From Geosiphon pyriformis uo1 (taxonomy: Eukaryota; Fungi; Glomeromycota), in assembly GCA_016748015.1 (NCBI GenBank), contig JAAOMT010000430.1:158125-222124 (forward strand): DNA of 64,000 bases. Direction: 5' to 3'. This document shows positions 27,401 through 38,739 of this stretch, one piece after another (position 1 is the first letter of the stretch; each line of letters begins with the position of its first letter). The position numbers were made by a program, and so were the translations under genes. The notes under the pieces are model-generated. The model was not told the origin of the DNA. It was given only the letters and a program-made list of their open reading frames with translations, and did not search any database.

Positions 27401-29832
27401 ATTAAAGGTGGAGCAGATAATTGTTGAACATTTTAGAGAATACATTTGTGTTGTCTAAGTAAACTACAACTGATTTTCAAAGAATTTTTTTGTACATGAC
27501 ATCTATAAGATGTTAGAATATGGCAGGAGTATTGTAAAATCTGAAGAGTATTACATTAAACTTGAAGTTTGTGTCTTAAGTAGTAAATGCTGTTTTTTCT
27601 TTATCTTTAGGATCCATTTTGATCTGCCAATATTCGCTGGCTAGGTTTAATGACAAAAACTATTTTTTTTTTTCTGGATTGTTCAGAATTTTTTGGATGA
27701 GGGGAGTAAGATAACTATCTCCTCAGATGATGCTATTTAATTTTTAGTAATCCATACAGAATCGTATTTTTTCATTTTTTTTGGTAACCAAGACTACTGG
27801 GGAGGACTAAAGGCTTAACAATTTTTTGATTAAGCCATTTTCAAGCATTTGTTGAACTTCTTGTTTGATAAGATTGTCACCAGATGGAAATATTCAGTAA
27901 GTCTGTTGTTTAATAGATCGAGTGTCTCCCATATCAATCTGATGTTTCATAATGTTGGTGTGTCTGAACTTATTTTTGCTGGCAAAAACATCAGTGTATT
28001 GATTCAAGAGAACCTTGAGTTGCATTTGCTGTAGGGTACTTAAGTTCCTGAGATTCAATTTATTGATCTCTTCTGACATAAACAGATAACTTTCTTTTAG
28101 TAAGTTCTATACTTGTAAGGTAATATCACAAAATAAGAATAGCTGTGTAAAATCTGGAATGGGCTGGAGTTTTTTGGAATGTTGGATGTCTAGTGAAATA
28201 GAACCAATAAAGATCTTTTTGAGGATTTTAATTACATTTTCTGTGGAGTTGTGGATAGAGATTTTGAAGTGTTTATAGACTTTGGCTAATAGATATAAGT
28301 TAGCAACATTGACTAGAGAACAGATTTTAGGATTGGCTTCAAATAACAGGGCTTAATTTTGGATCTTTCAATTTATTTTGAGGATGTATTGTCAGTAAGT
28401 GGGGATAAAAATGACTGTGTCGGTGTAAATAAGTTTTACTTGATTACTATCTTCCTCTGTGAAGTTGATTGGTACATTTTCTCTTTTACTTGATTCAAAC
28501 CCATTGATTTTTTGGGCAGTGAGATCTAATTCTTCTTGGGTTGTTATTGAAATTAATTGGGATATTTTGATTAGGAGTAGAAAAATAGCTTGGGCAATTT
28601 TTTCTTGTGATTCTATTTTGTAGGGTTTGTTCAAATTGTTCTGTAATATCACTATAATGTTTTTTATATAACCAGCATTAATGATTTCTCTCTTTATGTC
28701 AATTTCTTTCTTGGTTAGACTAGATTGAGAGGCAACTTGTATCATTGTACTGACAGGAATTTCTAATGCTATCTTAAGATCTATTTTTACAAGGGAATGT
28801 GGAGCTATAATTATGAATGATTATCTGGAATATTGTAAGTCAAAACCAGCATCAGTATTATGCACTCTTTCAGGGCAGATTTTTTTCTCATTGTTACTAT
28901 ACTATTTTAATTCTAATTCTTTGGATAGGTCGGGATATGCGAGATACTGTTTTGTTTTAGTATCCTCAGTTGGATCTTGAAATGACATGTTTTCAATGAT
29001 TAATTCTTTTTCTACCTCAGGTTCTAGTAATTTGATGATATAGTTTTTATGAAGGTGGGTGGAACATGATATCGCATTTGTTGCAGTACTAAAAGTTACA
29101 AGAGATCAAACAATGATCACACAGTTTCATGTTTAGGTCAGCTAGCCTTTGTTTTTGCTCTTCTCTAGTTGGTGCCAGGTTCTGGTAGTGCTTATAGAAG
29201 TATTTTAGATTGTTTTTAATGTTGTCAAAAATGTTAAAAGTCATAATATATTCGAATTCTAAAAGAGATAAGGGATTGTTTTTGATTTCTAATAATTCTC
29301 TGATTGTAGCACTCTTTGCTTTCACACTTGCCATTCTCCAAATCTTATGTTCATTGTGGGGATACCCATCCAATTATCATAACACTTATTTTTAGGCATC
29401 ATCGATTGGAGTTCTTTTTTGTATCCAATTATTGATCAAGATGGTATATTGACATGCTTTGTCACATGTTTCTCCTTTGCCAAAAACATCATTCCATAGT
29501 CCTTCATCTGGCAGGATTTCACCACAGGCAAGGCATGGTATATTGTCTCATTTACCTTGTTATTTTGGTCTGCCAAATCTTTTTAACACACAAGATCTGC
29601 AGTAATGTTTGGTAGCAGTTGGCCATTCTTCGTTGTCTTTAATACATGTGCCCATAGAAGATAATTTTTTTCTACAGTTAACACAAATTAATTTTGGGGT
29701 TTGATATTATTGACTTCCTTGACTTGGGGCAGAATAATCTACAGGTGTTGATTGTAGTTTTTTTTCTGCTTTTCTCTTTTCCTTTTTTTTCCAAGTTGGT
29801 GTTGGGGGTAACTCTGTTTGGTAATCATCCAC

Positions 29833-30661
29833 TGTTACAGTTTAAGAATTTAGCAAAAAGAATCATAAAAATAATACAAACTATTCAATCATAATATAGC
29901 ACAGTAATAATCTTAGAAAGGTAATGATTAACATAATAGCAAACACCATCTCGCGATAGTGGCAAGCACCAGTTCACAATAGCAGCCAACACCAACTGGT
30001 GATAGCAGCAAGCACCAGGTTGAAATATTAAAAAGAAAGTATTTTCTCGTAGAACTACAAACATGTATATATACAGTAGTTTTAATATTGAGAAAGAATC
30101 AATCAAGTAATAAAAATCATAACTTATCAAGCAATAGATCCAAATTAAATATCCCAAGAAACTTTTAAAAATCAAAAAGAAATGAAAAAGAATATTTAAA
30201 ACGGAACTATCACAACCCAAAGTATTAAGAAACTTACTTGTATTATTTATTGAATGAAACTATCATTCATCAACTGAATCCCTTGGAAGAATAATCCTTG
30301 ATCAAGATTATTCATGTTGTTACTAATTGATAAAAGCTTTATTGTGAGAATTAGAAAAGCGCTAAAGACCATTAACATTCTGTGTTTCTAGATTAGAGAA
30401 ACACATCAGGCAATTGCAAGGATAGCCTCAGAGAAGACCCCAGACAGTGGGTAGATTTCAGTTCAGCCTCTGAGAAGGAGTACATAAACACACACAACAA
30501 TCAAGAATTAAAGAATAACTTACATCGCAACAGTAAAAAGAAAGCCTTCAGTGTAACAGTGACATTATCACACAAATAGAATTGAGGAACTCACGAAAGA
30601 CTGATTGCAATTAAAGCAGGATATCAGCAATTAAATATAACAAGAGAACCATCCCGTAACA
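29833..30661 (+). repeat. 5' LTR of element A
   Basis: TGTTAC..GTAACA; repeated at 39162-39250 and 39725-40515. Confidence 0.95.
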
Positions 30662-30663
30662 TT

Positions 30664-30680
30664 TGGTGAACCCTACGAGG
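30664..30680 (+). promoter_or_regulatory. Primer binding site of element A
   Basis: TGGTGAACCCTACGAGG lies 2 nt after the LTR end; TGG is complementary to tRNA CCA. Confidence 0.85.
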
Positions 30681-33600
30681 AAAGAAAATCAAAAAGGAAA
30701 TAATAATTAGCAATAATTCATTGCTAAAAAGGAAAGACAAAAGTGGCGACAAAAACCCCTAATCTTACTGTTCTTGAATTCTGCCGTGCTATTTACACAC
30801 AAAATCAAAGTGATCTTGGATTACCAGAAGGGTGTTGTCCAGCAGAATCTGCCCTTACTTATTATATCAACGCCAAAATAAATTATCATATAGGAAAGGA
30901 AGAAGAACCACACGACGCAAAACTTGGATTGTATAGAGAATTATCACAATACACTACAAAAGAAGTAGCAGTAATAGCCGCAACTATTATCAAAATCCAT
31001 CGAGAAATTGAGCAATACGCCAACAAAAATTTTCCAATATCCACAGGAAACACTAGGGAATGCGCCAACAAAACCAAAGAAAATTTAGAAACTAATCAGG
31101 AAAGTAACCAGCAAAAACTAGAAACACCAGCTCAAACGCTAAAGAAAACTGTCACTCAATCAATAAAGAAACAACATATTTATTCATCAGAAGATAAATC
31201 ATACCATTTTTCACCAGAAAATAAAATACAAATTCCATTAGGAGCTGCATCATTATCAACATCAACTCCACAAACGCTAAGAACTCCTAGTTATATTGAT
31301 AAAATTAAACAACGTAACTGGGGAGACATACCAATTACAGGAGGATATTCATCACTATTCCAAAACCCTCTTTTTCAGCCAAAATTTAGAATGGGGTTTG
31401 AAAACCGTGAAGAGGAGTCTGAATTAGAATCCGAAAAAGAGACCAGCGAAAAAACAATCACAAGACCAGTCACTAGAACAAGCAGCCAGTCCAAAAACCA
31501 AGAAACTCATGATCAAAAGGAAGAACCGGATATAAGGAAAGCCACCTTTAGGAATGCTCAAGGAAATATCATCCCACCTTCTCTTAGACCAATAAACCCA
31601 CCAGCAGAAAACGGCAATGAAATGACCACACCATACATTGCAAGACTAACAGATTTCTCAGGAGAGGAAGAAGAAACGGACGTGCACACATGGCTCAGAG
31701 AAGCACAAAAAGCCATCCAGGCAAATAACTGGAATGACCAAAGAGCAATTCAAACATTACCTTTCTTCCTGAAAGGCACAGCCGACTTGTGATATCAAAG
31801 CCTGGAAACAAAACCCACGAGCTTTACCAAATTTAAAAATGCACTCCTGGAGTATTTTAGCGACCCAAATGCCGTAATCCAACTACAGAACAAATTCAAT
31901 ACTATCAAGCAAAATACCGGTGAAACTGTCACCCAATACCTTGCTCGATTCAATCGAATTCGCTGTCAGATTGAAGCAATTGAACAAGGATACTACACTG
32001 ATTCTCAGGTTTTAAATCAGTTTATTAGAGGATTAAAAAGCAGCATTTTAGGAAGAGTACGCCCTGCCTACCCTAATTCCTTACCAGAAGCCGTTACGCT
32101 CGCCAGAGCCCTTGAATCAGCTGAGAAAGAAGCTAATCATAGTCAAATGGTTAACATGGTAATGGAGGAAAATAAGACAGAAACATTAGAGAAAAGAGTA
32201 ACACGATTAGGGGAAGAACTCTCTAAGAAAATAGAAAGTTACCTCATCCCGGATCCGAGAAAAAATACATACCAACCACCCCAAAGACACAGCCAGGAAG
32301 TCAGCAACAGTCGAAATAATCACTCGTCGTGCCAGGAATTCAGAACAGAAAAACACGCCTGCCATTTTTGCAAACGCGTAGGACATTTGATTAGTCAATG
32401 TCGAACGTGAATGATGCAGGAAGCACGCGAAAATAATTACTACGTGCCACCCCAAATGCCCAGAAACCAGTACACACCAATACCACGCCAATATCCCACC
32501 ACGTATCAAAATCAAGGAGCTTACCAGCAACAGCCCATGATAGCCAACCCGAATTGGCGTCCCGAGATCCAAAATCAGCCCATGTGGAACCAGAATGCGT
32601 TGGTCCAGAGGAATCCAAACCGCGCCGGAACCAATCAGCAAACCAATCCAAACTACCAAAATTATCAACAAACTTATCTTAATATACTGGAAAACCTGAT
32701 CATCGGAAACAATGATGGTAGAAACATAAACAGAACCAAGAATTCCTCCAAATTGAGCCAGACAATACCACCAGCAGTTGCCACTGAAGATAGCAGCCTC
32801 GCAGCTATTTTTTCTTTTGAATTAGAGGAAAACGAGGCTATGTTCAGTGGAGCAGCATTGGACGAAAAACGCCCAATCACTGCTATGTATACAGAAGCCA
32901 CTGTAAACAATACCCCAATCAAACTTATCTTAGACAGCGGATCCGCTGGAAGCATTATAACGCTTCAACTAGTAAACCAACTGGGTTTCAAAGTTGATCG
33001 TGCCACGACGTCCCAAATCATAACAGCCAATGGAAGTACAAAGCTGCCTTATGGCGAAATCGACTCATTCCCTTTCGAAATTAACGGCATAGTAATATCT
33101 ACAAAAGTATTAGTAATGGACGCTACACAATATCAAGCGTTAGTAGGGAATGACTGGTTAACAAAAGCCAACGCCACCCTAGACTGGACCACCCAAGAGC
33201 TTCTGATCAATTATAATGGCCACCAGGCCAAAATTCCAGCCACCTGTGGCCACTTCCAAAAACCCAGCGCCAACCAAAGACCTACCTTCGAATTTGAGGA
33301 AAATCCAGCACTACCAGTCATCGAAACCTATCAGCTCTCTTGGGCTGATGACCAAAGAACAGGACTACCAGCCATACCAATGTGGACCAGCGAAGAAAGA
33401 TCCAAATAGAACCAGGTAAGTTCACGAAGAAACCACCAGCGACGCAGACCAAAGCTAGAATGCTCGGTTTGCAAGAAGAAACTCTCGTCTATGACTGCGT
33501 GCAGCGCACCGGACGAAGACCCAAGAAACTCCACCCACTACTATTGTAACCGTTGTAACAAAGAAAAATACGGTTACCCAGAAAGACACGGAAAATGGGA

Positions 33601-34183
33601 CGAGGAACCGTGCCTCGCTTGTGGAGAACCATTACCAAGAGGGTGCGACTGGAACGACTTACCAGGCAGAGGAAGAACATGTGATGCAACTTGCCAATAC
33701 ACAATCCTCATCTGTAACTGGGTAAGAGGAGGAACGCTGTTCGAAGCAGCATTCAACAGAGCATTAAAAAGACTACAGCACTACCCACACGACGAGGACG
33801 AGTTGTACAACACCGCACAAGCCAAAGTAAGAGGAGGAACCGCCGAAGAAATATGACATTGGAAAGAGTCAGCCAAAGTAGCCGACAAAGTTGCCAGCTA
33901 CAACATGTTCGACCCAGTGGACGAATTCCAGGACTACTACCAATAACTATGCCCCACTCGACAAGAGCAAGAACAATACCTCGCCCAAATCAACACTTAC
34001 CTCTGCAAAAACTGTCTCATCCCGTGCCAAAGTCAGTGCTGTGAAGAGTGTCAAGACGAAAGGGACTTAGAAAGAAAAATGGAAATTGAGAATCAGCAGT
34101 CTCAAAATCAATCAATAAATCAACAAGACTCACCTGACGGTCCCGAGTCAGAAAAATTTGTAACCTATACTGACCTAGAATAG

Positions 34184-34625
34184 GTGACCGACATCCGATA
34201 CTTTGACAACGGGCACTTAGGAATAATACCCAAAAGAGTCCATCCAACCGACGCCGGATTCGATCTACATTATCCGGAAGACCAATCCACAACGTTACCA
34301 CCCAGGAGCATCACCAAAATCGACCTAAAAATAGCAGTTGAAATTCCGCCAGGAATAATGGTTCAAATGGCGTCGCGATCAAGCCTTGCGAAAAAAGGAA
34401 TAAGCATTCAAGGAGGAGTAATTGACTCCGGATACACTGGAAATTTGATGGTTTTGCTACAGAACAATTCAGAAAAGCCTTATACTATTGAATCTAAGGA
34501 AAAGATTGCACAAGCAATTTTCCTACTATTGGTAAAAATTGGGAAATTCGTGCCAGTAGAAAATCATGAGGAATTGTCACAAACAACGAAAGGAACTTTT
34601 GGTTTCGGATTGACAGGAAAAGGAA
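34184..34625 (+). other. dut: Trimeric dUTPase domain within pol of element A (also B ~28480-28860 and D ~50790-51215)
   Basis: All five dUTPase motifs are present in order: DAGFDL, SRSSLA, GVIDSGYTG, KIAQAI and (R>K)GTFGFGLTG. Confidence 0.92.
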
Positions 34626-35593
34626 TTGAAGCGAATTTCGCTGAAACAATAGAGGAAAAAGGTGAAGTAATTAAAAATGAGCGGTCCATCACGCTCCTAC
34701 CATATGGAAAATCAGAAATAAGAATAAAAAGTACAATTAAAGAAAAAGACCTAATATTTGAGCCCTACCCAAAAACTTGCCAACAGTTTCTCATAGGACT
34801 TACTAACCTTTTTATTCCAGCTGATAAAGCTCAATGGATAAAAATTCCTATTGCAAACACCACAGAAGAACCCGTCTACATTTCGGAAGATACCATCATT
34901 GGATACCTCGGAACGGAGCTAGAAAACGCGTCAACACCACAAGAAATTCTAAATTTCCCAGAAATCGCCCTCTACTGTGAACTCACTTCAATAAATTGGC
35001 AACAACCAGTAGAATGCTATCAATTTACGCCAGAAGAATTGGCCAAATTAAACATTGGAACAATGGATCCTGACCAACAGCGACAATTAAAAGCATTAAT
35101 TTTAAAATACTCTGATATATTTTCAAGAAATGGCGAATTTGAAAGAACCAACTTGGTTCAACACCAAATCCCCACTGGAGACGCCAGATCTGAAAAACAA
35201 CATGCTTACCATGTCCCACCAATGGAGCATAATTTTATCAGAGAAGAAGTCCAAAGCATGTTGGAAAAAGGAATAATACAACCATCAATGAGCCCATGGT
35301 CCTCACCAGTTGTTTTAGTAAGGAAAAAGAACGGAAAAATTAGATTTTGCGTCGACTATCGCAAACTAAACAGCAAAACAACCAAAGACTCATACCCAAT
35401 ACCGTTAATTGACGAAATCTTCGACGTTTTTGGAGGAGCAAAATGGTTTTCTACACTGGACTTGACCAGTGGGTACTGGCAAGTGGAAATGGACCCAAAG
35501 GACAGGCATAAAACAGCATTCACAACACAAAATAGCAATTATGAGTTCAATGTAATGCCATTTGGATTAACAANNNNNNNNNNNNNNNNNNNN

Positions 35594-36200
35594 CACCAGC
35601 GACGCAGACCAAAGCTAGAATGCTCGGTTTGCAAGAAGAAACTCTCGTCTATGACTGCGTGCAGCGCACCGGACGAAGACCCAAGAAACTCCACCCACTA
35701 CTATTGTAACCGTTGTAACAAAGAAAAATACGGTTACCCAGAAAGACACGGAAAATGGGACGAGGAACCGTGCCTCGCTTGTGGAGAACCATTACCAAGA
35801 GGGTGCGACTGGAACGACTTACCAGGCAGAGGAAGAACATGTGATGCAACTTGCCAATACACAATCCTCATCTGTAACTGGGTAAGAGGAGGAACGCTGT
35901 TCGAAGCAGCATTCAACAGAGCATTAAAAAGACTACAGCACTACCCACACGACGAGGACGAGTTGTACAACACCGCACAAGCCAAAGTAAGAGGAGGAAC
36001 CGCCGAAGAAATATGACATTGGAAAGAGTCAGCCAAAGTAGCCGACAAAGTTGCCAGCTACAACATGTTCGACCCAGTGGACGAATTCCAGGACTACTAC
36101 CAATAACTATGCCCCACTCGACAAGAGCAAGAACAATACCTCGCCCAAATCAACACTTACCTCTGCAAAAACTGTCTCATCCCGTGCCAAAGTCAGTGCT
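35594..36200 (+). repeat. Gap-flanked duplicate of 33434-34040 (assembly artefact occupying the place of the RT palm)
   Basis: Identical by eye and bounded by N runs on both sides. Confidence 0.85.
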
Positions 36201-36857
36201 NNNNNNNNNNNNNNNNNNNNTGAAAAATTTTCCAGTACCTCGAAACGTCTCAGAAGTTAGAAGCTTTTTAGGACTCGCATCTTACTACCGCCGCTTTGTA
36301 GAAAACTTTTCAAACATCGCCAAACCCCTTAATTACCTACTATCTAAAAATGTGAAGTTTGAATGGACTGAAGCACAACAAAAAGCTTTTGAGTACCTTA
36401 GACAAAAGCTCATTGAATCACCAATAATGATCTATCTGAATTTCAACAAGAAATTCATTTTGGCCACAGATGCCTCTGGAACTGGACTTGGAGCCATTCT
36501 GTCACAAAAAGATGATAATGGAAGAGAATGTGTAATCACTTATGCCAGCAGAAGTCTCAGTACAGCAGAACAAAACTACGCAGCACATGAGCTTGAATGC
36601 TTAGCAGTAGTCTGAAGTTGTGTTCACTTTGACACATATTTACGGTACCAACCCTTTAAGATTACGACAGATCATAGAGGTCTGGTCTGGTTAAATAACA
36701 AGAAAGCGCTAAAAGGAAAATACGCCAGATGGTCACAAACATTAGCACCATACGATTATATTATCAAATACAAAGAAGGTACCAAAAATGCTAATGCCGA
36801 CTGTTTGTTAAGAATGAGACACACATAAAAATCACCAACCCACCCGCCACAACAACA

Positions 36858-38024
36858 ATGAACAACCATCTTTACAAAAACCTCAGCCAATACTTGGAAA
36901 CACTACAAATAGACGAAAAAATGCCAGTAAAAGAGCTAATTAAGCTCCAAAAATTAGCAAAACACTATTTCATCCAAAATCACATACTTTATTACCGGAA
37001 TTGACAAAATCCAGATAATCCATTAAGAGTTATAACCACGAATGAAAAAGAAACTATCTTATTTAACATGCACTCAGATATTCATTCAGACCACTTTGGA
37101 AAAACAGCAACCATCCAATGTGCAACTAGTCATTACTATTGGCCAAAAATAAGTTCAGACATAATTCAATACATAAAAAATTGTGACCCATGCCAATGAA
37201 AAAGAGGAGCAAAAACAACGGAATTATTAAGACCAATAAAAGTTGAACAGCCATTTGACAGAATCGGAATTGATTTAGTTGGACCCTTACTAATAACAAC
37301 AAGAAACAACCGTTATATTGCAGTAGCCATGGACTATCTCACCAAATGGCCAGAAGCTAGAGCTATTAAAACAGCTGATGCTATTTCCGTAGCTCAATTC
37401 GTACATGAAGACTTAATTTGCCAACATAGATGTCCACAAGAATTGCTATCAGATCAAGGCACACACTTTGTAAACAGCACCTTAAAAGAACTTAGCCAAA
37501 AATTTGGAATCAAGCGACTACTGTCATCACCATACTACCCTCAAACAAATGGATTAGTTGAAAGATTTAATTGCACATTATGCGAATCACTGGTGAAAAT
37601 TAGTAACAAACATGAAAAAGAATGGGATTTGTTCATACCAGCAGTACTACTAGCATATAGAACAGTAAAACAAGATACTACACAATTCACACCGTTCGAA
37701 CTAGTTTATGGAAGAAAAGCTACATTACCCGTTGAACTTACTATTCCAATTTATCCGAGTGACACTATCACGGAAGCAACATTCCAGGAAACACTACTTA
37801 GAAGAACATATGAATTAATGGGAACTTTAGAAAACAAAAGAAGAAAAGCAGCACAAAATATTGAACAATCACAAGAACAACAAAAAGTGAGACATGATAA
37901 CCAGTTACCAGATAATATAATTAGCTACAAAATTGGAGATAAAGTATTGTTGCATCATACAAAAATGGAAAAACAGTGGAGTGGAAAATTTGATCACAAG
38001 TGGGATGGACCATTTTATATTCAC
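36858..38024 (+). pseudogene. Element A integrase, separate ATG-initiated ORF (C-terminal tail displaced to 39271-39371)
   Basis: H..H..CDPC zinc finger, GIDLVGP, LLSDQGTHF, QTNGLVERFN and KWDGPF, all in frame with ATG 36858. Confidence 0.9.
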
Positions 38025-38044
38025 NNNNNNNNNNNNNNNNNNNN

Positions 38045-38719
38045 AAGGAAAATACGCCAGATGGTCACAAACATTAGCACCATACGATTATATTATCAAA
38101 TACAAAGAAGGTACCAAAAATGCTAATGCCGACTGTTTGTTAAGAATGAGACACACATAAAAATCACCAACCCACCCGCCACAACAACAATGAACAACCA
38201 CCTTTACAAAAACCTCAGCCAATACTTGGAAACACTACAAATAGACGAAGAAATGCCAGTAAAAGAGCTAATTAAGCTCCAAAAATTAGCAAAACACTAT
38301 TTCATCCAAAATCACATACTTTATTACCGGAATTGACAAAATCCAGATAATCCATTAAGAGTTATAACTACGGATGAAAAAGAAACTATCTTATTTAACA
38401 TGCACTCAGATATTCATTCAGGCCACTTTGGAAAAACAGCAACCATCCAACGTGCAACTAGCCATTACTATTGGCCAAAAATGAGCTCAGACATAATCCA
38501 ATACATAAGAAATTGTGACCCATGCCAACGAAGAGGAGGAGCAAAAACAACGGAATTATTAAGACCAATAAAAGTTGGACAGTCATTTGACAGAATCGGA
38601 ATTGATTTAGTTGGACCCTTACCAATAACAACAAGAAACAACTGTTATATTGCAGTAGCCATGGACTATCTCACCAAATGGCCAGAAGCTAGAGCTATTA
38701 AAACAGCTGATGCTATTTC
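38045..38719 (+). repeat. Gap-flanked paralogous copy of 36713-37387 (RNase H end and integrase start)
   Basis: Colinear, differs by transitions and is bounded by N runs. Confidence 0.85.
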
Positions 38720-38739
38720 NNNNNNNNNNNNNNNNNNNN

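Larger units (their letters stand above)
30743..36828 (+). pseudogene. Element A gag-pol: N-terminal domain, capsid, CCHC knuckle, aspartic protease, Cys-rich domain, dUTPase, RT, RNase H; one frame up to the gap at 35574, with point stops
   Basis: ORFs 30743, 32147, 32411, 33491 and 34184 share one frame and are broken only by stops explicable as TGG>TGA, CGA>TGA, CAG>TAG or CAA>TAA. Motifs CHFCKRVGHLISQC, LILDSGS, AGFDL/RSS/GVIDSGYTG, SPWSSP, CVDYRKLN, MPFGL, ATDASG, NADCL. Confidence 0.93.

Noticed and set aside
34184-36016. 610-aa ORF apparently fusing RT to a second Cys-rich domain
   Set aside because: The frame runs through an N gap into an exact duplicate of 33434-34040; this is an assembly artefact.
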